Of a DNA stretch of 33,147 nucleotides, positions 17,247 to 23,230 are shown in pieces. Origin of the DNA: Candidatus Jacksonbacteria bacterium (GTDB taxonomy: Bacteria; Patescibacteriota; Patescibacteriia; UBA9629; GWA2-43-13); contig JABIPD010000110.1 of assembly GCA_018698735.1 (NCBI GenBank), positions 1 through 33,147 of the forward strand. The letters are read 5' to 3'. Within the stretch, counting starts at the first letter, position 1, and each line of letters begins with the position of its first letter. Below the pieces are notes generated by a model. It was not told where the DNA came from, searched no databases, and worked only from the letters and a program-made list of their open reading frames with translations. The position numbers and the translations under genes are program-made.

Positions 17247-18797
17247 ATGAGAATTAATAAATTTCCTGGATCCCGAGTCGGGGCCCCCCATCACAAGGAC
17301 GGGGCACCGCGGGATGACAAACAAAATCAATTATATCCATATCAAATTTTAAGAATAGCAGGAATCTTTTTTTTAATTGGAGTATTTGTTGCGACATTTA
17401 TAGTTCCTCCTCCGGTCATCATTGTAACAACAGGAATACTAGCTGCAATCACGCTTGTAATCGCATTTATATTTAAGAAGAAAAGAATAGTAGCTTTGTC
17501 TCTGGCTATTCTTTTTTTATTTTTGGGAATAGGGAGATTTTCGATAGGCACTACAGAATTGCAAAACTCCATCCTTATTCACAAAGAAAAGGAAGTGTCA
17601 TTTAAGGGGGGAATTTTTAGAGAGCCCGAAAGACTTTCAGACAAGCAACGAATTTCGATTCAACCACAAGACTACGAAGGAAATATTCTTGTAACAACCA
17701 GATTGTATCCAGAATATAATTATGGAGATGTCTTAAATATAACCTGTAAAATTCAGCAGCCAGGAGTTATAGAAGATTTCGACTATGGGAATTATTTAAA
17801 AACAAAAACTATCGATGCGGTTTGTTATTATCCTAAAAGCGTTAATGTGGTAGAAACTCAGGGTAATACTATTATTAAATCTATCTTAACGTTAAAGCAG
17901 AAAGTGCTTAGTTCTATTAACCAATCTTTACCAGAGCCACATTCGTCTTTGCTCGCAGGTATTTTAGTTGGAGCAAGAAGAAGCATTCCAGAGGGATTGC
18001 TAGAAGATTTTAATAGGGTTGGTTTAACACATATTATTGCGATATCTGGATATAATATCACACTCATTGTTCGATTTGTTTTAATTCTTGCTCCCTGGGT
18101 CTGGATAAATAGGCGACACGCATTTTGGTTGATGATGCCGTTAATAGGAGTGTTTGTTATTTTTGTTGGTGGACAAGCCTCTGTAGTGCGGGCGGCATTA
18201 TTTGGCATAATTGGAGCATTGGCATATACCATAGGAAGAAAACAATCTATTGGGAATGCATTATTGGTAACAGCTGCCGCCATGGTGGCTATTAATCCAT
18301 GGATTTTACGATACGACGCTGGTTTTCAATTATCGTTTTTGGCAACTCTTGGATTAGTGTATATAGAGCCATTGTTTGAAAGATTAAGAACTGGGAAGTT
18401 TTTGTTTTTAAAAGAGATAGCAACAGCAACACTTGCTGCAACTATCGCGACACTGCCTTTAATTTTATATATATTTGGAAGATTATCTGTTGTAAGTTTA
18501 TTTGCGAATTTGTTAATTTTACCAGTAGTTCCTTGGGTAATGGCACTTGGGGCTGTTGTAACGTTTGTTGTAGCGATTGTTCCTTTAGGATATTTAGCTG
18601 TTTCTGTTGTTTCTTTTCCGGTGTGGATATTGCTGGAATACGTTATTCGAGTTGCAGAGTGGTTGTCTGGGTTTGGGTGGGCGAGTGTTTCTATTGAGTG
18701 GTTTTCGTGGCCATGGTTAATAATAAGTTATGGATTACTGGGTTGGTTGTTGCTTGCTTGGCATCGCAAGAAAATACTCTCCACCTCTAAATTTTGA
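17247..18797 (+). CDS. comEC: ComEC/Rec2 DNA internalisation channel (OB/DUF4131 + competence domains, no MBL domain)
   Basis: Multi-TM protein with RVGLTHIIAISGYNITLI and GGQASVVRAALFG competence-domain motifs. Start set at the first ATG (17247), as there is no later in-frame ATG before the TM region. The TTG at 17226 lies inside repeat copy 2. Confidence 0.8.
   Translation: MRINKFPGSRVGAPHHKDGAPRDDKQNQLYPYQILRIAGIFFLIGVFVATFIVPPPVIIVTTGILAAITLVIAFIFKKKRIVALSLAILFLFLGIGRFSIGTTELQNSILIHKEKEVSFKGGIFREPERLSDKQRISIQPQDYEGNILVTTRLYPEYNYGDVLNITCKIQQPGVIEDFDYGNYLKTKTIDAVCYYPKSVNVVETQGNTIIKSILTLKQKVLSSINQSLPEPHSSLLAGILVGARRSIPEGLLEDFNRVGLTHIIAISGYNITLIVRFVLILAPWVWINRRHAFWLMMPLIGVFVIFVGGQASVVRAALFGIIGALAYTIGRKQSIGNALLVTAAAMVAINPWILRYDAGFQLSFLATLGLVYIEPLFERLRTGKFLFLKEIATATLAATIATLPLILYIFGRLSVVSLFANLLILPVVPWVMALGAVVTFVVAIVPLGYLAVSVVSFPVWILLEYVIRVAEWLSGFGWASVSIEWFSWPWLIISYGLLGWLLLAWHRKKILSTSKF
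17268..17318 (-). repeat. GTCAT-capped palindromic repeat (copy 3, inverted), inside the 5' end of comEC
   Basis: The minus strand reads GTCATCCCGcggtGCCCCGTCCTTGTGAtggggggccccgactCGGGATCC. It shares the GCCCCGTCCTTGTGA core with copy 30735-30790. Length is 51 nt. Confidence 0.55.
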
Positions 18798-18800
18798 TAT

Positions 18801-18826
18801 TATAAAACCCATACGTATGTATGGGG
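18801..18826 (-). terminator. Intrinsic terminator of island 2 operon
   Basis: The minus strand reads CCCATAC-atac-GTATGGG followed by TTTTATAAT. Confidence 0.55.
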
Positions 18827-18914
18827 AAAGGCTTCGTAGAAATGGTAAGAGCTCGACGCGGGGCGGGTCGCGGCGAGCTCTGGTTACGGGGAACGGATTG
18901 TTGGACGCTGGTGT

Positions 18915-19178
18915 TTATGGCCTTGTGTATGTAACAATGGCCACTACCTCCTTGCTGAAGTCTCGATTGTAGGCCGTCGACTTCAGTTGGACTCCGACGA
19001 ATTCCACTCCTGGAAGTTCGAGGTTAAGCCTTTCTTTAGAACGATCTTCGAGCACGTCTTCCACTCGGTCGTTCTGGCTGACGGTGAAGCCCACCTCAAG
19101 GAGGGGTTCGGAACCTTGATTCCAGACCCAAACCGCGAGTGCTGCTGTTATAACGAGTACGGTCAGAGTTGCTCGCAT
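18915..19178 (-). CDS. GC-rich island 2: 87-aa signal-anchored/secreted protein, orphan
   Basis: ATG 19178, with GGAAGAGG upstream. N-terminal MRATLTVLVITAALAVWVW hydrophobic segment, then a soluble domain. Confidence 0.55.
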   Translation of the reverse strand: MRATLTVLVITAALAVWVWNQGSEPLLEVGFTVSQNDRVEDVLEDRSKERLNLELPGVEFVGVQLKSTAYNRDFSKEVVAIVTYTRP

Positions 19179-19185
19179 GGGAGTG

Positions 19186-19374
19186 TTACCTCTTCCTTAA
19201 CGGATTGCGTAGCGAGAGCCTCGTCAAGGCGATTAGGGTTGCTGCGAAGAGAAGCGCTTGTTCGAGGTCTATCGCCATCAGCTGGTTCAAGCCAAGTTGT
19301 CGTGCTATAGCGGCCGACAACGCGACTGCAGCTAGCAGGGCAGCTGTGAACTTGGGAGTATCTTCGCGGAACAT
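19186..19374 (-). CDS. GC-rich island 2: 62-aa two-helix membrane protein, orphan
   Basis: ATG 19374, 3 nt after the upstream stop. Its own stop lies 7 nt before the next ATG. Helices FTAALLAAVALSAAIA and ALLFAATLIALT. Confidence 0.5.
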   Translation of the reverse strand: MFREDTPKFTAALLAAVALSAAIARQLGLNQLMAIDLEQALLFAATLIALTRLSLRNPLRKR

Positions 19375-19377
19375 AGA

Positions 19378-19461
19378 TTACCCTTCGGGATTTTGAGTGA
19401 GCATCTGCAAGAAGCAGGCGAAGATCAAGATCGAAAGCGGGATGTATTCTATACTGTCCAT
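19378..19461 (-). CDS. GC-rich island 2: 27-aa hydrophobic peptide (MDSIEYIPLSILIFACFLQMLTQNPEG), tentative
   Basis: Hand-translated, as it is below the track cut-off. ATG 19461, TAA 19380-19378, one TM-length hydrophobic stretch and a weak RBS. Confidence 0.3.
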   Translation of the reverse strand: MDSIEYIPLSILIFACFLQMLTQNPEG

Positions 19462-19496
19462 TCTAAGTCCAACCCAAGCTCTGTGTTAATGCTGAT

Positions 19497-19525
19497 ATAT
19501 TAGCATAATAATACTTATTTGTCAA
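19497..19525 (-). promoter_or_regulatory. Sigma70-like promoter for island 2 operon
   Basis: The minus strand reads TTGACA (19525-19520), a 17-nt spacer, then TAATAT (19502-19497). It overlaps the start codon region of the divergent MBL gene. Confidence 0.4.
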
Positions 19526-20418
19526 TGTTTGTTTTATCTAAAAAATGGCTTGTTTTAACATCTTTTGTGATTTTTTTAGGGGCATTAGGCTTGTTATTGG
19601 TGTTTTATTTTAGTCCAACACAGGCTCTAAAACAGCTCGAAATAACGTTTTTTAATGTAGGACAAGGCGATTCTGTGCTTATTCAAACGCCGTATCAACA
19701 AAACATTATTATCGATGGTGGGCCAGATAATTCGCTTATCCAAAAGCTTGGCAGAACACTGCCTTTTTATGATAGAACCATAGACCTTATCATCATCACC
19801 CATCCGCAGTCAGATCATTTTTTTGGGTTTATAGATGTTTTAGAAAGATATAAGGTAGAACGAATTATAACAGCAGATATTCCGTACGAAACAGAAGATT
19901 GGAAAGCATTTGTATTGCTTGCACAACAAAAAAATATTCCAACGCATTTTGTTTCATCAGAACGCAGCATCACTTTAGGAGAGGATCTTTTTCTCACTTT
20001 TTTATGGCCACAAGAGCAATTTATTAATACTCAAACATTAAAAGACGCAAATGAAGGGTCTGTCGTTGCCGAGCTAGTGTACAAAGATCAGAAATATTTA
20101 TTTGCAGGAGAAATTACCCAGGAGATAGAAAAAAGGTTAATAGAAAAGAATTTGTTTCACGATATAGATGTATTAAAGGTTGCGCATCATGGAAGCAAAA
20201 CATCTACCAGCAAAGAATTTATACACAGCACTACCCCAGAGGTGGCAATTATTATGGCAGGCAAAGAGAATAGATTTGGGCATCCGAATTTTAGAACCCT
20301 TAAAACACTTCAAGATTCGAATATTCCCACATTTCGTACCGATATTCATGGCGACATTACCATTACTTCCGATGGAGCAAGGTATTCGACAGTTCCGCAA
20401 TTTTCTGGTGGTTTATAA
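19525..20418 (+). CDS. ComEC-type metallo-beta-lactamase domain protein with own N-terminal TM helix
   Basis: ATG 19525 (the track starts at TTG 19519). FFNVGQGDSVLIQTP, IITHPQSDHFFG (HxHxDH-like) and VLKVAHHGSKTSTS are typical of the C-terminal MBL domain of ComEC/Rec2. Confidence 0.8.
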   Translation: MFVLSKKWLVLTSFVIFLGALGLLLVFYFSPTQALKQLEITFFNVGQGDSVLIQTPYQQNIIIDGGPDNSLIQKLGRTLPFYDRTIDLIIITHPQSDHFFGFIDVLERYKVERIITADIPYETEDWKAFVLLAQQKNIPTHFVSSERSITLGEDLFLTFLWPQEQFINTQTLKDANEGSVVAELVYKDQKYLFAGEITQEIEKRLIEKNLFHDIDVLKVAHHGSKTSTSKEFIHSTTPEVAIIMAGKENRFGHPNFRTLKTLQDSNIPTFRTDIHGDITITSDGARYSTVPQFSGGL

Positions 20419-20458
20419 GTTCTCATGTTATAATGGGGTGGAAATTAACAGATGAGCT

Positions 20459-20860
20459 ATGTCACCAAAAAACGCATCTGTCCTTTTAGTTGAGGACGAT
20501 GAATTGCTTTCTCAAATGTACAAAACCAAGTTGTCGCACGATAAATTTAAGGTGACAACCGCGTTAGATGGCGAGGCAGGGTATGCAGAAATAGAAAAAG
20601 GCGACTTTGATGTTGTCTTGTTAGATGTTATTATGCCAAAACTAGACGGTTTTGGGGTACTCGAAAAGATGAAAGCAAACGAGAAAACAAAAGATGTGCC
20701 AGTTATTATGCTTACAAATCTTGGCCAAGACGAGGATATAGAAAAAGGAAAGTCGCTTGGAGCGTACGATTACCTTATAAAAGCAAACTTGACCCCACAA
20801 CAAGTGTCTGATAAAATCAAGGACGTTTTAAAGAAGATTGATAAAGAATCTCAGGAATAA
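20459..20860 (+). CDS. Stand-alone response-regulator receiver domain protein
   Basis: 133 aa. VLLVEDDE acidic pocket, phospho-acceptor context VVLLDVIMPKLDG and a conserved Lys region YDYLIKA. No output domain. Confidence 0.85.
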   Translation: MSPKNASVLLVEDDELLSQMYKTKLSHDKFKVTTALDGEAGYAEIEKGDFDVVLLDVIMPKLDGFGVLEKMKANEKTKDVPVIMLTNLGQDEDIEKGKSLGAYDYLIKANLTPQQVSDKIKDVLKKIDKESQE

Positions 20861-20918
20861 GGCGAGTTGCACAACACGCTGCCGGCCGAAGGGTCGGTTT
20901 TCTGAATCTCATATATAT

Positions 20919-21512
20919 ATGCACAAAAAGATGAAACAAGAGCGAACATTAGCGCTGGTTAAACCAGATGGAGTAAAACGGGGGCTTATTGGCGATATTA
21001 TTAATCGTGTCGAGCGCCGCGGGTTAAAGGTAATAGCCATGAAAATGGTTTGGGTAGACAGAGAACACCTCGAAAGCCATTTGCCATCCGATCCTGCCTG
21101 GGTAGAACGCTTGGGAGAAAAAACTTTGAGCACTTTTGAGGAATATAAAATAGATCCTATCAAAGCTCAGGGAACAGACGACAAAAAAGAAATTGGAACA
21201 ATGGTTAAAGAACAAATTTTTGAATACTTATCATCTGGGCCTATTGTGGCGATGGTTATTCAAGGAATTCATGCGATAGATATGGTTCGTAAATTGGTTG
21301 GCCATTCATTGCCTGTATTTGCGGAAATGGGAACTATTCGAGGTGACTATAGTGTAGATTCTCCAGCAGTTGCAAATTTAGAAAAACGTGCAATTAAAAA
21401 TATTGTACATGCCTCGGAAACGCAGGAAGAATCGGACAACGAAATTGGATTGTGGTTTACCCCAGAGGAAATTCACGATTATAAACGAGCAGAAGAAGAT
21501 ATAATGTTTTAA
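20919..21512 (+). CDS. ndk: Nucleoside diphosphate kinase (long form with internal insertion)
   Basis: Start at ATG 20919. ERTLALVKPDGVKRGLIGDIINRVERRGLKVIAMKMV and active-site NIVHASET. About 50 extra residues relative to canonical NDKs of about 145 aa. Confidence 0.85.
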   Translation: MHKKMKQERTLALVKPDGVKRGLIGDIINRVERRGLKVIAMKMVWVDREHLESHLPSDPAWVERLGEKTLSTFEEYKIDPIKAQGTDDKKEIGTMVKEQIFEYLSSGPIVAMVIQGIHAIDMVRKLVGHSLPVFAEMGTIRGDYSVDSPAVANLEKRAIKNIVHASETQEESDNEIGLWFTPEEIHDYKRAEEDIMF

Positions 21513-21534
21513 TTTTTCATCACTCAAAAAGAAA

Positions 21535-21557
21535 AGGGGCCGAAAGGCTCCTTTTTA
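21535..21557 (+). terminator. Intrinsic terminator after ndk
   Basis: AGGGGCC-gaaa-GGCTCCT stem (one G-U pair) followed by TTTTT. Confidence 0.6.
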
Positions 21558-21574
21558 GTTTTCCACAGTTTTTC

Positions 21575-21603
21575 TTGACGCATGAATGAAAATTCTTTAA
21601 TGT
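21575..21603 (+). promoter_or_regulatory. Sigma70-like promoter
   Basis: TTGACG (21575-21580), a 17-nt spacer, then TAATGT (21598-21603). Confidence 0.45.
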
Positions 21604-21607
21604 AAGT

Positions 21608-21750
21608 ATCAATATGCATCAGCAGACATCCAAACTCTTTATTATTAATAAACTTGTCACAGACAAGGTGAGTTTTGATACTGAAGCATAAGCGTAGATA
21701 ACCTAAGCAGAAATCAAGACTCGCCACCTAAAAAGGGCGATGTTTTTTTC
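21608..21750 (+). ncRNA. Structured leader/attenuator or sRNA candidate upstream of island 3 ORF 21775
   Basis: About 140 nt between the promoter and the terminator TCGCC(21721-25)/GGCGA(21736-40)+T8. AGGTGAGTTTTGA (21666-21678) can alternatively pair with TCAAGACTCGCCACCT (21714-21729), sequestering the 5' terminator arm. It also holds a 25-codon ORF (21614-21691) without SD. Confidence 0.35.
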
Positions 21751-21774
21751 TGCCTATCTCGGAGAGGACAAACC

Positions 21775-21912
21775 ATGGCGACCGAACACCTCGACGAAGA
21801 GCGGCTTGAAGAAGAACAGCCCGAACACCATACGAGTGCCGAGGCGGCTGAGAAGTTTCTAGCTACTTTGAGAGACGCCGAGTTCGACTACGCTTGCCGC
21901 TGTCAGAGCTAG
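21775..21912 (+). CDS. GC-rich island 3: 45-aa acidic peptide (MATEHLDEERLEEEQPEHHTSAEAAEKFLATLRDAEFDYACRCQS), tentative
   Basis: Hand-translated. GGAGAGG lies 7 nt before ATG 21775, and TAG is at 21910-21912. Confidence 0.35.
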   Translation: MATEHLDEERLEEEQPEHHTSAEAAEKFLATLRDAEFDYACRCQS

Positions 21913-21974
21913 GCCAAGGAACGGGCGCAAGAGAGAGCACCCTACGAGTTGAAGCCAACAAAAAGGAGTCCATT

Positions 21975-22250
21975 GTGGCTCAAAAAATCGCAACGCCGAG
22001 CAGCACGAAAATCCACATTACAGGAAGCCTTCCTTGTGGGGGTTGCTGCGGAGACGAGAACGGAGTCAACTGCGGACTTGCACCTGGCGGCTGCTGGGGA
22101 ACGGATTTTCTCGCGGGCGAACCTGGAATGTCAGGCGACCCGCAGCACTCCGGCGCGATTCCGCCGCCAGATGCCGATGATGGTGATGTCACCTGGGCAA
22201 CATGGTGCAATGATGAAGTAGGCGGACAGGGCCTGCGTGGTGCGGACTAA
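21975..22250 (+). CDS. GC-rich island 3: 91-aa Gly/Cys-rich protein, orphan
   Basis: AAGGAG lies 6 nt before an in-frame GTG at 21975, preferred over the track start at 21894, which overlaps the previous ORF. Motif PCGGCCGDENGVNCGLAPGGCWG. Confidence 0.45.
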   Translation: MAQKIATPSSTKIHITGSLPCGGCCGDENGVNCGLAPGGCWGTDFLAGEPGMSGDPQHSGAIPPPDADDGDVTWATWCNDEVGGQGLRGAD

Positions 22251-22265
22251 CCGGTACGAGAACTT

Positions 22266-22304
22266 GGAAGGGAGAGGTAGATAACGATTTGCCTCTCTCC
22301 TTCC
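22266..22304 (+). terminator. Hairpin after ORF 21975..22250 (no U-tract)
   Basis: GGAAGGGAGAGG (22266-22277) pairs with CCTCTCTCCTTCC (22292-22304) with one bulge. Confidence 0.35.
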
Positions 22305-22308
22305 CCAC

Positions 22309-22336
22309 TTGACAAATAGGGAGGAAGTGGTAGAAT
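22309..22336 (+). promoter_or_regulatory. Sigma70-like promoter
   Basis: TTGACA (22309-22314), a 16-nt spacer, then TAGAAT (22331-22336). Confidence 0.5.
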
Positions 22337-22342
22337 TATTTT

Positions 22343-22486
22343 CGGTATATGTATTATCAGCACTCTAAATGCACATCAGCGAATGTGAAATCCCGTTTTA
22401 ACGGGATGGGGTTTGGTACTGCATAGCGAACGACTTGAAACGAACGATGTGCTCACCAGAGACCCCACGACGAAAGGGGTTTTTTG
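22343..22486 (+). ncRNA. Riboswitch-/attenuator-like structured leader upstream of ORF 22529
   Basis: Closing helix GCACATC (22371-77)/GATGTGC (22446-52) and inner hairpin ATCCCG-ttttaa-CGGGAT (22390-22407). Terminator is ACCCC (22462-66)/GGGGT (22476-80)+T5. GGGGTTTGGT (22408-17) can pair with ACCAGAGACCCC (22455-66) as an antiterminator. No known class recognised. Confidence 0.4.
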
Positions 22487-22528
22487 ATGGGCTAGGCTGA
22501 ATCCTAAGGAAGCGAAGGAGCGGTTTCC

Positions 22529-22723
22529 ATGTCCGTCGCAAGCAATCACACTCCGCCAGAAGTAACTGCGTTATCTGTCGATCCGGCAGAGGTTCTGGTG
22601 GAGGTAACCGACGACACTGTTGTCACAGAGCCTGTGGAGCCTCCGACTGCTTCACCGTCGCCTCGAACCGACTATTTGGCGTTTGATTTTCCAACATCGA
22701 CGACGTGGAAGATCGGTCGCTAG
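22529..22723 (+). CDS. GC-rich island 3: 64-aa acidic Pro/Thr/Val-rich protein, orphan
   Basis: AAGGAG lies 8 nt before ATG 22529. Track ORF. Confidence 0.45.
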   Translation: MSVASNHTPPEVTALSVDPAEVLVEVTDDTVVTEPVEPPTASPSPRTDYLAFDFPTSTTWKIGR

Positions 22724-22755
22724 AGCCCGAAGACTGAGATCATTTCGTCACCGAG

Positions 22756-22798
22756 GAGGCTGTGCGTGTATCCAACAGATACTTATACGCACGGCCTC
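22756..22798 (+). terminator. Long hairpin after ORF 22529..22723
   Basis: GAGGCTGTGCGTGTAT pairs with ATACGCACGGCCTC (a near-perfect stem with one G-U pair and a 2-nt bulge). The following T-content is weak. Confidence 0.4.
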
Positions 22799-22860
22799 TC
22801 TTCATTTCAATTTAATACTAATAATGATATACTGTATTTAGCTGAGGCTAGGGGTGTAAA

Positions 22861-22995
22861 ATGTGTTCTATAAAAAATCTCAAGGTAGTCCTTATCGATC
22901 ACTTCCGTGGAAGTGGTCTGCGGGCTCATGCGTTTACTCTGCCTTTAGGTAGACTAAACTACTTGCACTTGGGAACACTTTTCACTTCTGGTTAA
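22861..22995 (+). CDS. 44-aa ORF (MCSIKNLKVVLIDHFRGSGLRAHAFTLPLGRLNYLHLGTLFTSG) within a promoter-to-terminator unit; could instead be an ncRNA
   Basis: TTCAAT-16-TATACT lies at 22806-22833, and AGGGGTG lies 4 nt before ATG 22861. The unit ends at hairpin 23033-23064. Confidence 0.25.
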   Translation: MCSIKNLKVVLIDHFRGSGLRAHAFTLPLGRLNYLHLGTLFTSG

Positions 22996-23032
22996 AGCAC
23001 CAAGGGTTTATGACACACCATGGTATTTAGCT

Positions 23033-23064
23033 CACCCTCTTTCGGGATTATCCCCAAGAGGGTG
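23033..23064 (+). terminator. Hairpin terminator
   Basis: CACCCTCTT (23033-41) pairs with AAGAGGGTG (23056-64), followed by TTGCTTATT. Confidence 0.5.
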
Positions 23065-23082
23065 TTGCTTATTAAAGAAATA

Positions 23083-23106
23083 AAAAACACCGACTACTGT
23101 GTTTTT
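23083..23106. terminator. Bidirectional A-run/T-run hairpin downstream of lysS
   Basis: AAAAACAC-cgactact-GTGTTTTT is symmetric, so it is usable from either strand. Confidence 0.5.
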
Positions 23107-23111
23107 GTTTT

Positions 23112-23178
23112 GTAGAGACGTATCGGTGATACGTCTTATTTAAATGTATCAAAAGACGCGGCATCGCCGCGTCTCTAC
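23112..23178. repeat. Compound palindromic element (GTAGAGACG ... CGTCTCTAC)
   Basis: Outer inverted repeat GTAGAGACG (23112-20)/CGTCTCTAC (23170-78). It encloses two hairpins, AGACGTATC/GATACGTCT and AGACGCGGC/GCCGCGTCT. Confidence 0.5.
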
Positions 23179-23185
23179 CGATTGT

Positions 23186-23214
23186 GTCATGTCCCCTCCT
23201 TTAGAAGGAGGGGA
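23186..23214 (+). repeat. GTCAT-capped palindromic repeat (variant)
   Basis: GTCATG-TCCCCTCC-tttagaa-GGAGGGGA. Its loop and stem resemble hairpin 33022-33054. Confidence 0.5.
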
Positions 23215-23230
23215 TAGAGGGGTGGTCTGT

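Noticed and set aside
21524-21727. 67-aa minus-strand ORF in the AT-rich spacer after ndk.
   Set aside because: It runs antisense through the ndk terminator, a plus-strand promoter and the leader. It has no SD and an implausible Cys/Phe-rich sequence.
21894-22221. Track start 21894 for the Cys-rich ORF, and overlapping ORFs 21949..22221 (+) and 21980..22210 (-).
   Set aside because: The 21894 start overlaps the preceding 45-aa ORF and lacks an SD. An in-frame GTG at 21975 has AAGGAG at ideal spacing. The others are alternative-frame artefacts of GC-rich DNA.
21975-22250. Calling the Gly/Cys-rich ORF a RiPP precursor or metallothionein.
   Set aside because: There is no adjacent maturation enzyme, protease or exporter. 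The Cys cluster is central rather than C-terminal. It is kept only as a weak hypothesis in the findings.
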